From positions 124,001 through 188,000 of the forward strand of contig JAYWIR010000060.1 of NCBI GenBank assembly GCA_036172245.1: 64,000 nt of DNA, read 5' to 3'. Source of the stretch: Raillietiella orientalis. Its lineage: Eukaryota. The first letter of the stretch is position 1. The number at the start of each line of letters is the position of its first letter. This document shows positions 10,053-20,639 of the stretch, piece after piece. The notes beneath the pieces were generated by a model. The model saw only the letters and a program-made list of their open reading frames with translations. It was not told the DNA's origin and did no database searches. Made by a program: the position numbers and the translations under genes.

Positions 10053-13000
10053 TCATGGCGCTGTTTTTACACAACGGCAGTGGCTGTCAGGGCAGTAGTG
10101 GAGAGCCGCTAACACGCAGTTCACTTCGCACCAGTGAGCCATGCCGGGAGAATTCTCCCACATCTTCGCAGGAACTGCCTCCAGGCAGGTGATTGAGGGA
10201 TCCTGCGTGCCTTCGAGCTCATCCAAGGCAGGCTGCACATCACTTGATTCCATCGTGGTACCTTCAGAAGAGGGAGGTTGGGAAGTGAATGAGGAGGCCG
10301 GTGGTGGCTCAGGCAAAACACCAAACACAAAAGGGAAGTGAATGAGGCGGCCGGTGGTGGCTCAGGCGGGGAAGTGGATGAGGCGACTGGCGAAGACACA
10401 AGAGGAGGGGAAGTAGATGAGGCGGTCGGTGGTGGCTCAGGCGGGGAAGTGGATGAGGCGACTGGCGAAGACACAAGAGGAGGGGAAGTAGATGAGGCGG
10501 TCGGTGGTGGCTCAGGCGGGGAAGTGGATGGGGTGGCCGGCAAAGACTCAGAAGGAGGGGAAGTGGATGAGGCAGCCGGTGGAGATTCAGGAGGAGAGGA
10601 AGTGGATGAGGCAGCCGGTGGAGACTCAAGAGGAGAGGAAGTGGATGAGGCAGCCGGTGGAGACTCAGGAGGAGAGGAAGTGGATGAGGCAGCCGGTGGA
10701 GACTCAGGAGGAGAGGAAGTGGATGAGGCAGCCGGTGGAGACTCAGGAGGAGAGGAAGTGGATGAGGCAGCCGGTGGAGACTCAGGAGGAGAGGAAGTGG
10801 ATGAGACAGCCGGTGGAGGTGGAAAGATGGTGGAGGAAGGTGGAGGATTTGCAGCAGATGTAGGGTTCACTGTTGTTGGGGACTCTTCAATGGCGGCTGT
10901 CGTGGAGTCTGGTACAGCGTCTGGATTGGAAGTCGTGACGGAAGTGGGAGCGTCTGCGGTTGTCACGAGCAAAGTTTCGGGATTCGAGGTAGTCGCAGGG
11001 CTGCTGGTGGATGCAGGGCTGGTGTCCTGGTAGACGGATGCGTACGTCGTAGATGGCTTCTCTTCTGTGCTCTCATCCTCTCCGAATAGTTCAGGCTGCA
11101 CGGGCGGAAACGTGGTCGGAGCAAAGAACGGATTTTTCAGGATGGGGAAGAGCTCTGTCAGGCATCTGTCGTCATTGTTTGGACACGTGAAGACGGTCCC
11201 GTGCTGGGTATCCCTACAATTTGGCTTTCGAGTTCGAAAGGGGGGGGAGAGGGAAACGCTCGGTGCCCCTACCTGGAGTCAACAATGGCGACGTCTGCGC
11301 AAGATCGAAAGGTCTCTTGAGGTCCGCATCCCAAAGCACTGCTTCCATTCTCACACATTCCCCAGTTGTTTCCAGAGATGTATTCCCACTGAATAGGGGT
11401 ATTAGAGAAATTCTAATAATGAATCCGCCCGGCGCAGCCGACAACCATCCCCTCACTCTCATCGCTCACTCTTTCACGGCGAGGAAGACAAGAAAAAAAG
11501 CCTCCAGCCGTTTCCGCTCTTTGGCAACCAAAGGAGGTTCGGTGCGGCGTCGCGTTGCCGCTCTCGCATGCGAGCGTCCCTCATTTCCAACGTGTTCAAA
11601 GTGTTGTGGTGAGAACGATGAGGCGGATCATCGAAAGCAGTGCTGGGCAACTTGGGGTGCCCTTCCCAGAGTACGAAATGCACCTCGATGTCAAGGTTTC
11701 CCTTACGGGTGTCCAGTGGCATTCAAGTTAAAGAAGGCACGAAACAACCGTTGTCTCCCTGAAGGACGCGGAGCCGGCAAGTTCATCCCCGTAGAAGCAG
11801 TAGTGGGGCGGCGCAGGAAGGGGACATATTGCTCCGATCCCTGCTCAAGGCGAGGCAGGCGAGGCGCAGTCCAGTGACCCTCAGGGACGCCTGCCCATTC
11901 TCTTTTGAAAGGAGGACCTCCTATTCGCACTTCCACTAAAGTCTGGAGAGCCACCCACGGAGGACCCATCTCAACGAGCGCGTTTTTGAAAATGCCCATC
12001 GGGCAAGAAGCAGGCTGCCACTCCCGCAGCACGGAGCAGAGGAACTCGGACGCAGGGACGAAGTTCAGGCACTTCGAGGATGGATGAGCACCCCGTCCCG
12101 GAAAATCGTGGCATGGAGACGCTGTCCCGTCAGGAACGACGCTGTTGAGAGTGATGGGATGGAAGCGGGCGGCGCAAGGGTGTGCCGATTCCTTCATTTT
12201 ATTTCAGGACCAAAGGGCTGCACGAGGTGCCCTTTCGTTCCTCATTCATCAGGCAAGAGGCGCACGCCGTTTCTTCGACGGAAAGTCCACTTCGGCTCTG
12301 CATTAGCAGAACGGGGGAGAGGATGAGAATCCCATAATGCACCCCTCCGAGGCGAGCGGCTGGGGGGCTGAAGAGTGGGAAGGTGGGCTGAAGAGGGCGG
12401 CAGAGGTCGTTTGCGAGGACTGCAGAGAGGACGCGATGGAAGGCGCGCCGGCAGGGTTCAAAGAGGAGTCCGTCGGTCAGGCAGGAGTGTATGGTGAGCG
12501 CTCAGCGTCTCCGTGCAAGAGACAGCAAGAATGGGAAATAGCGCGATGGGAATAAACAGGAACTGAATCCTGTCCGTCTTGGAGGTTCGGTTGAGACCCC
12601 AGGAGATGCAACAGAATGCCAGAAGTCGCTGGTTGAAGTCCTTAAACAAACCGGCGTGCGTCCCTGTGTGTCTGTGCGCGTGTCCGTGTGTGGAACATGC
12701 GCGGAACTAGCCGAGTGAGTGACATGAGACCGGCTGAGAATCCACATCGACCCGTATGCGTCTCCTCTAATTAGGGGAGTCCACCTTCTTGAACCCATAC
12801 GGGTCCTCTAAGGAGTTCCCCCGCACTCCGAAACCCCTACGAGGGCCGGGACGGTCCGAGGCAGCGCCGTCCGCTGCCCAATTGGCGCCTCCCTCCTCAG
12901 TGGGAAGGGACGGGGTGGTGACGGCCCCACCCGGGATGTGACGTTTTCGACCGGAAGCTGCGAGTACACTCCCCCGCCTCCCGTCCCCAGCGCCGCGAAG

Positions 13001-16000
13001 AGCGCCAGCCGACTTCTGCACCTCCCATTGCAGACTCCGGCAGCGCATCTCCGCTGCCGGAGGGCCCCATTCTCTCTCCGAGGTGGTCGCTGGTAGCACG
13101 CTCGGTGCTCATGTCACATAACATGTGCCGCCGACTGCGTCCCGACCCCTCCTTGACCCCGCAATTTCCTCCCCCACTCGTATCCTTCGTTCCCTGAGTA
13201 AGGGGGGGCTCGAAGGGAGCAGCATAGCTGGAAGAGAGGCTCCGTGTTTCCTGGAAGGACCCTGGGGGGTTCACTTCCGGTTTCCCTACCGGTCGACGTG
13301 GGCATCCAGTTTCCCCCAGCGTCGCATTCGACCCAGCGCCATCCTGAGAGGGAAACTCGAAACCCATGCGATACGCCCCGTCCTTCTCGGTGACGGTCGG
13401 TCCTTCCTCCCCCCTCTCGGACGGGATTCGAACTCACGACATGCGGTTCCGCAGCCACGCGCCCTCACTCTTCCGTGCGCACGCGCGTTCCAGGAAGCGG
13501 CGGCCTTGCACCATCACCTGCAGCACGCAGTGTTCGCAAGTCAGGTCCTCGGGCAGCTTCAGAGTCACCTTGTGCACTCTGCTCTCAGCGCCGACCTGGT
13601 ACTTCTGACCATCTTCGGGAAGCACCTTCAGCACGTTCCTGGAAGCAGAGGGAGTCGAGCGCAGCATTTCAGGAGGCATCCCCGCGGGGCAACTGCTCCC
13701 CGTCGGAAGGAGAGGAGAGGTGGCAGTCCCTCGGGTGAGCCCTTACCGGTCCAGGCACTCTTGGGTGGCGTCGGCTCCTCTGCCGGAGATGTCGCAGATC
13801 CGGAATTCGAAGTGACCTCTGTGGCTAGCCGTCAGCTGCACTTTGGCGATGATGACCTACAAAGCACGCGCGCGCCTGCATCCTCCCGAACTGGCTCGGT
13901 CGGGTGGGGGTCGGATCCCTTTCCGACTCCCTCGTTCCCTTTCCCATCCCCGGACTACTGGCAAAGAGGGCACGCGGCAGTCTCGAAACGGAGTAGATGG
14001 CGTTACGGGCCGGGGGGAGGCAGGACAAACAGGGTCGGGACGGACGGCGGCCACACCTGAGGATGCGCCGCCCTCTCGACCCCGTTTGCCCTTCCCCCTC
14101 CCGGCCCGTTAGATTCCCTCTCAGGAGATTCATCCCACGGTCAGCCGGCCCCTCCCTTGCGGGTTCTGCTTCAAGCAGGTGGTCCGTCGTGTCGGAGGAC
14201 ACTGCCTGCCCCTGCCCCCATCCATCTCCCCGTTTCGCGAAGAAATAAGGGAGTCCCCCACGGAAAGCAGCCCGCGTCCCGGAGGGCTGCTCGAGACTTC
14301 AGGGTCCTTTGAAGCCGCTCAGCGTCCTCGCTGGAGGCGCGCTCGCGGGGGGCACTTTCCACCCCTGCGGCCACGGGAGTCGTCCTGGGCACTTCCGGGC
14401 TCCCGAGCGAGCGCTTCGCTCCGCGATTATTGGAGGGAGGAGCGGCGCCCTCCTGGACCTTTCGACCGGGCGCTCCCCCTCTAGGCCGGGAGCGGCGAGG
14501 CCGGTCCGGCGCTCGCAGCGCGCGGAAGGAGGTCCTCTGCGACAGGAAATGACGGGGGGAGGTCGGGTTGCCCGGAATGAAGCAGCTCAAAGCTCCTCCG
14601 AGGGCCGGGACGGTTCCGAAGCAGCGCCGTCTGCTGCCCAATCGGCGCCTCCCTCCGCAGCGGGAGGGGACGGGATGGCGGCGGTCTCGCCCGGGATGCG
14701 GAGTTTTCGATCGGAAGCGGCGAGGACAGACCCTGGGCAGGCGCCCCGGAAGCGCTACGGAACCCACAGCGCCGGTCGAAACCCCGAAGGATCGCAAAGA
14801 GCGAACTCACGGGTCGATTACTTACCCTCCGTTTGTATATCCATGTACAGATTCATTCGAACGTGCGTATTTGTTACCATACGTATTATTAATATGTATA
14901 AATGTACACATGCATCAAGGATTATAATAATAAATAAGTGTACGTGTTACGCATATGGATCGAGGAGTACATACTAATTGTAACGTGCGTATTATTAATG
15001 ATAATAGTAGCATTTCTAGTGCACATTTACTGGTAATCATAAACATGCGTTCTATTGATATAATTAATAATAATCATTGATATGATATTAATATGCATCG
15101 TAAGGATCATTAAAAATACATACGAGTGGGTTTTATTACATATATTTATTCATATATGTAATAAAAACATGTATATTCATATATGTGAATATTAAAAGTA
15201 CATATTATGTTTCTATATGTGGAAAGTGCATATGAAATGAATGAATAAATAACGAATTGTAGAAGCAAAATAGTGGAGAATAAGAAAACGTATATAATAA
15301 ATATGTGTTTAATATAATAACATGTTCAATAAATATGCGTTTTCACTTTGATCTTAGCCAAAAGGCCTATAATATGTAGTAATGCCTAGTATTTGTAGTA
15401 ATATCGATAAATGCGTGCCTCAAGGTGAATTTGTACATTAACCTGTACATCGATATACACATGTGATGAGCTTTTTTTTGCGATCTGTAGGGGTGTGGGG
15501 TCCTCCCTCACGGCAGTCTCTCTTCATAGAGGTCTCCCCGTCGCGGGTGCCCCGATGCCCCTCCAGAAGGAGCCGAGGGGCAAGGCATGGGTCTCAATTC
15601 CGTCCCTGCGAAGGGCCAGGTTCTGGACTCGCGGGCCAATGGCGATCTCGAGATCCTGGCGCCGACGCCAAAGGAAAGGGGAGGCACCACCAGCTCGCTG
15701 CGGGGTCACCGCGGATTCGGAGAGGTGCGAGCCCTTCTGCCGTGGGCGTGCGTCCTGCTCACCCCCATGGCCGGCAGCCGTGGCGCCAGCGAGGGAGGAT
15801 CGCCCACGGAGTCCATCGTGAAGACGCGCGAGGCGATGGAGGGTCCGCCAGCGCTGGCGCCCCTGCCAGCCCCACCCCCGGCCGAGGACTCCGCCCCGCG
15901 CTCCGCTTACCTGCCCTCGGTGGTACTCCCTGACCAGGATGCCCTGGCCACACCTTCCTCCGAGCTCGTGGGTCCTGGGGGCAGGGCTGCTGTAGGCGTC

Positions 16001-16234
16001 GCCGCAGATGCCGCATCTCCCCCCGTTCAGGTGCCACTGCACCTGGAAGACGAGCCAATGGGCACGCGCCCTCTCTAGCCGGGCCGGGCCGGGCGGCGCA
16101 GCGCCGCTCACCGCGAAGCCGCCGCAGAAGCCCTCGTGGTCGTTGTAGTCCCTGCAGCCGGGGAACCCGTAGCGCCACATGGAGGCCCTCGAGGGCGGGT
16201 CCACCAGCCGGCCGTGGCTCTCGACGTTGGTCAC
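10053..16234 (-). CDS. AA15 LPMO paralogue B: catalytic domain + Ser/Thr/Pro linker + C-terminal 6-Cys module (frameshift in last exon; signal-peptide exon not located)
   Basis: Exons: 16234-16112 (VTNVES/HGRLVDPPSRASMWRYGFPGCRDYNDHEGFCGGFA), 16042-15911 (VQWHLNGGRCGICGDAYSSPAPRTHELGGRCGQGILVREYHRGQ), 13856-13747 (VIIAKVQLTASHRGHFEFRICDISGRGADATQECLD), 13638-13518 (NVLKVLPEDG...DLTCEHCVLQ), 11388-11273 (WEYISGNNWGMCENGSSALGCGPQETFRSCADVAIVDS), then 11213 onward (DTQHGTVFTCP... into the STP repeats). All introns are GT-AG with matching phases. His1, the LTASH His and the QETF Glu/Phe are present. Confidence 0.9.
10071..10187 (-). other. C-terminal 6-cysteine module of arthropod AA15 type
   Basis: CLEAVPAKMWENSPGMAHWCEVNCVLAALHYCPDSHCRC = C-x18-C-x3-C-x7-C-x4-C-x-C with a PGM..WC..NC core, like the Cys-rich C-terminal motif of insect LPMO15 proteins. 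Stop codon at 10053-10055. Confidence 0.8.
10281..10815 (-). repeat. Coding minisatellite encoding the mucin-like linker of LPMO B
   Basis: About seven 39-bp units (aagtggatga at 10561, 10600, 10639...10795; peptide SSTSSPPESPPAA), plus 75-bp composite units (ctcaggcggg at 10361 and 10436; SSTSPPEPPPTA+SSTSPPLVSSPVA). Confidence 0.95.
12839..12966 (+). repeat. Interspersed repeat, copy 1 (intron of LPMO B)
   Basis: gagggccgggacggt..gcagcgccgt..ctgcccaat.ggcgcctccctcc..cccgggatg..ttttcga.cggaagc.gcgag is shared with 14598-14725. Confidence 0.75.
13290..13465 (-). mobile_element. tRNA-headed SINE-like element, copy 1
   Basis: Minus strand GTCGTGAGTTCGAATCCC (B-box/T-arm), followed by a body cgagaa..gggcg..catgggtttcgagtt..caggatggcgctgggtcga shared with the copies at 37.5 and 45.4 kb. 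Confidence 0.55.
14598..14725 (+). repeat. Interspersed repeat, copy 2 (intron of LPMO B)
   Basis: Diverged direct copy of 12839-12966. Confidence 0.75.
14830..15465. repeat. AT-rich low-complexity island (tatatg/atta-rich) in LPMO B intron
   Basis: Abrupt switch from GC-rich to very AT-rich sequence; composition resembles 54530-55390. Confidence 0.7.
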
Positions 16235-18112
16235 CTGGGGAATGGATTGTCCGGGATGAGTGGCGAGGGACGTTAGGCGCTATGGGGTTGCGGGGATCGC
16301 CCGTAGGGGGTTGCACCCGCCAGGTGCCTCCAGCGTTGTCTGACGAAGTCGTGGGCCGGCCCCCGTCGCGCAAGGAATTGCAGAGGGACCGCCCCGTGAG
16401 CTCAAAAAGGGCCGCTGGGAGGGTGGCACACGAGGGACCCTTCTCCGGGGGTTCCTCGCTCCCGTCGGCTTCACTCCTGAGTCTGCGCGAGTCTCGACTA
16501 CTTAGGAAAAACTGCCGGCGGCCCCTTCCGTTCTGGCGAATCCGCCAAAGCGCCTGGCGGGTCGCCCGCGGTCGTCGCGCCGCGCCGCTCTGCACACCCT
16601 CGCTGGAAGGGAGGAGGAGGATGGGGTGGAACCTGGAACGCGTGGGAAGGCACGCACTGTCCGCCGTGCGTCCGAGGCCCACGGGAAGCGCGCGGAGCTG
16701 GGCCGGTTGCGACATCCTCTGCAGTCTAGCCGCGCGATGTCCCCGACGCAGCCGCCCTCCCAGCTCCATTCCCAGGGAGGCAAGGTCGAGTGGCTGGCGA
16801 AAAGGGTCTGAGGCAGAGGTCACAGGGAAGAAGGGCGCGGTGCTGCCCGTCGGAACGCCGGGCGCTCCCCAGAGGGCTCAGAGTGGGACGGGGTGCACTT
16901 CCTGCCCCGACCCGCCATGCGGGGCAGGACGACCCCCCGCGAACTAGGTGCCAGCGGAATCCTCTAAAGGGCAAGCGACCTTCTTGTTTGATGGCAGCCT
17001 GGATTTGCCTCTGGAGAGGCGTCCTAGAGGCATCCTAGCGGAGGCTGCCAGGCGTTGAGAAGCCGGTGGCGCTCCTCCGAGGTCGCGAGGAACTGACGCC
17101 ACAGAGGAGGCCGCGGAGGCTAAGGAACATCATTTGACCCCGAGGCCGGGGGGAGTCTGATTCACGTCCATCCCTGCAAGGGACTACCATCTTCCCTTCG
17201 AGGGGTCCCCCGACCCGTCCAAGAGAAGGCAAGGAAGGTGGCGCCGCGCGCACGATTTGACCCTTCGCTACGAAGGCGCTCGAGCGACCGCCAGCTGATC
17301 CTCGGAGGCGAAGAAACGGAGATGTGCCGTGACCTGCGAGCTTGCAGTTAGTGGACTTGCATCTTCTGGACATCCACATGTCTGAGCTGGCAAAGACGTG
17401 AGGGGGCATCAGAGAGCCCCAGACTCGGCTCGGGACCGTTTTGCGAGATTCTGCAGCATCCGATGGAACAGTCTCCGGAGAGAATGCTGCTCCTGCCCCT
17501 AGGATGTGCGTCTTTCTACGTGTTGCGTTAGAGATGATTCGCTCTGTGGTCTTCCCGGAGGCAGTGGATGGTCTAAAGTCACTCGGAGGAGACGTTCCCG
17601 AGCCACCATCGCGTCGGATAGGCAGGCCCGACGTCTGAGGTGGAGAGGCGCCTTCGGTCGAAGAAGAACTTTGCAAGGACCTCTGACCCGTAAAAAAAGG
17701 CGGCCAGCATCCTCCAGCCAGGATCGCTTCTACAGGAAGGACTCTATGCTACGATCCCGACTCCCAGATAGTGACTCTCCACGGATCGACTCTCCCAGCC
17801 TCCACTACGTCCCTCACGTCCGTCACACTCTTTCATGAGTTCACATCAGCAGGTTCTTGTCCAACAGTCCCTCCTCTCCAGAGGACTCGACCCGGGCGTC
17901 CACTTACCATGCAGTTTCTTTTCCTTGCTTCTCCGCCAGCGGTCCCGCGCTCCGTGTGGACAAGAATTTCGTTCTTCTGTTTGATAGGAAGAGCCTCGGG
18001 ATAACGCGGATGCACTCTGCAGGTCAGAGGATTCCTGGACCCCTCCCTTCCATCAGAAGACGGGGCGCCCCCGCTGTCCTTTTCTGATTCCTTTGGATTC
18101 CTCTGGAAGTGT

Positions 18113-18642
18113 GACTCTGACCGTACTTGGGAATGGGCCGACGAGCTTGCCGCGCCGCCCCACGATCGAAAGAAGGCGGCATCGCTGCGGGACAGAGCCT
18201 CTTGGAGACGAACGGACCCACGAAGGAAACTCGGCAGACTCAAAATCAACAAGGCGCCGACACATCGAAAGGCCGCTGCCAGCGCGAGCGCCGAAGGGCT
18301 TCGAACAGGAGTACCGGAAGTGAGGAGCAGCTCCTCGCAAAGATGCACGCCGCGGCGAAGCGGCGCCGACATCGCGGAAGGCCGCAGCATGAAGGAAGAC
18401 GGTGCTCCGCCTCGTTGAGGTCAGGGCACATTTCCGGAAGGCCGCGGTCCGAGCGCGCACGCTGTTGTCCCCACGCCACTTGCTTGAGGTTCGGCGATGA
18501 TCAGGTGTAAAGATCGGTGGCCTCCAGGCGATGCGACTTCGTGAGCCGGCGGTCGGCGGTCGTTCGGAAGGCGTCCCAGCCCAGGTGCCACCGCTGCTGC
18601 GTCCTGCGCTGGACGATGCCTCCATGGGCAGGACACGAAGAC
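18113..18642 (-). repeat. 530-bp inverted duplication, left copy (decayed mariner-derived sequence)
   Basis: Reverse complement of 21758-22287; translations are identical in the overlapping ORFs. Content resembles decayed mariner transposase (LPEMCPDL, VFLH, LLFEAL, FDRG..KLV). Confidence 0.93.
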
Positions 18643-20639
18643 GTCGGGAAACCAGGAATGCAGGAAAAAAGAGTTCTTTGCTTTGAAAACACATCGCCGT
18701 TCACCAACCGGCTTCAACAGAGCTTTGAAAGGAAAGCATCGTTTCTTTTCCTTGGCCTGTCCTCTGTTTGACTGCCACTGCGCTGACAGCTGATCGTTCG
18801 ACACGCCGTCCACTATTTGTTCTTCGTAAAGACGTGATCGTCGTTTATGACCCCACAGCGCGGTGCGACCAAGTCGCAGTTGCCGTAGTGCTGGTGCTTG
18901 GAGAACCCTCTGGAATGCGGTGCACCCTGGAATACTTGCTGCTCCCCGTTCTGAATGTCAGAGATGAAGTCTTCTCTTGGTCCTCCAGTTGGTGACTTGG
19001 AAGTTGCCCTTTCTTCCGTCTTTTTCTCTTCGAAAGGGGCGGGGAGAAAGATTCCCATTTCCCTAAACTCCCGCCAGGACCCATTCCTTCCTTCCCCGAG
19101 GGATCTTGTGGGTTTTCGAAAAGGAGGATAGGACTGCGACGCGTTGCCACAGTCCGGCCAGCGTCCATTTCGACCTTCGGTCCAGCGAACGTCTTTTGCC
19201 TATCCTAAGGGGCATTTTGTTTTCCCCTTCGTCCAGGTTCGCTCCCGAGTCCTCAACGGTCGCTCCAGGGTGTACGTCGAGTTCGCCTTCGAATTTTCCC
19301 GTGGACGAGCGCAGCTTGGGCAACGGACGAGCACTCGGACAGCACAGGTGGTCAGGACCGAATCGAACATTTCGCCCGGTGGCCTTCCGCGCATCTTCGA
19401 GCCAGCCCGGTTCCACCTTGCGTTTCGACGCAGCAGCTTCGGCGGAGACGCAGGCGGCACCCTCCGCAGGGATCGGTAGCAGCACGGCAGGGGCAACGAA
19501 TGAGTCCGACAGAGGTCACTGAACTTCGCCCTCGGCGTTGTGAAATTTCAGAGCCGCGCCCCGAGTTGGCAATCACTTCGCAGATGCATCACGCGGATGC
19601 AAGGGCGATGCACCTATCCCGTGCACGAATGGCTCAACGATGGGAATTTTCTCATGGCTCGCATCTGCACAGCGAGCCAAGGAAACCAAAACGCCATCCG
19701 GGAGGTTGCTCCCTCTTCCCCACAAAGAAAGGAAAGTAAGGGAAGAGCGAGGAAGGGAAGGAGGGAATGAGCACGCGCGTGCCGCGCGGCGTCTCAGGGT
19801 TCCGCTCTGCCCTCTGAAGCGCCCCGTAGTCATCGCTCCCCGCGAACAGAAATTTCCTTCTCATTCCTTCAGCGCAGACGCTCTCTTGTGCGCTGCACGC
19901 AGCGGTGAACCTTCCGGTAAGGCGCTTCGGAACGGCGACAGGTTGCTCCCGCCACCTTTTGGACCACTCGGCCAGCTCCCGAACCACCGGCCCTTTCTCA
20001 GTACCCACTTCCCCGGCTTCCTCGCTCTGCGAGGAGCCGCTGAGCGAAGCGATCTCACCACTCGTCACTGTGCTGATGTTTCCCAGCATCTCCCGGCTGC
20101 ATGAGACGTGCGCGTCCCCGCACTGCGTCTTCCGCGACGCTGGCTCAAGCCCCTCCCGCATCGCGTCCAGGCCTGCGGGTCGTCCGTGCAGGGTGGCATT
20201 CTCCCGAGGACACCGGAAGAGACGCGGCGACGCGTCTCTAGATCCCCGCCTCCCCTGATCGGATTGTCGCTCCCGGATGCAGGGAAAACGCTCTCGCCAG
20301 AAGGCTGGATCAGAGAGACGGATTTCGGTGGACTTCCTTCCGCCTTCCCTTAACTGGGCCGCGAGAAGGGCGAGGAGTAGTGGCGGTCTCCTCCTCCTCT
20401 CGCTGCAGGATACCTCCCTTTGGTCGTCCGCGAAGCCACCAGGAAGTCGAAGCGTGAGGGAGCCACTGCCCTCTAGACGCCGGCGGACGAACCGTATCTC
20501 TGCTCTGCGGAAGCCGCTACGGAGCTCTGCCTCTCTCGCTCACTCCGGTCGGCTGCCACCATCTCGAAGTTTCTTCGGGTGACAACGCCGTCGAGTTAGT
20601 CATCTGTCCGCTTGAGGTTTTTTTTCTTTTCCTGTTTTG

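Noticed and set aside
10281..10815. Regular 39-bp repeats as a CRISPR array
   Set aside because: There are no unique spacers and no cas genes; the repeats are in-frame coding sequence in a eukaryotic exon.
10338..11033. Plus-strand Gly/Glu-rich 231-aa ORF
   Set aside because: It is the antisense shadow of the Ser/Pro repeat exon of LPMO B.
13420..13445. GTTCGAA motifs as tRNA genes (also ~37615 and ~45460)
   Set aside because: No complete cloverleaf is visible; they are better explained as SINE heads.
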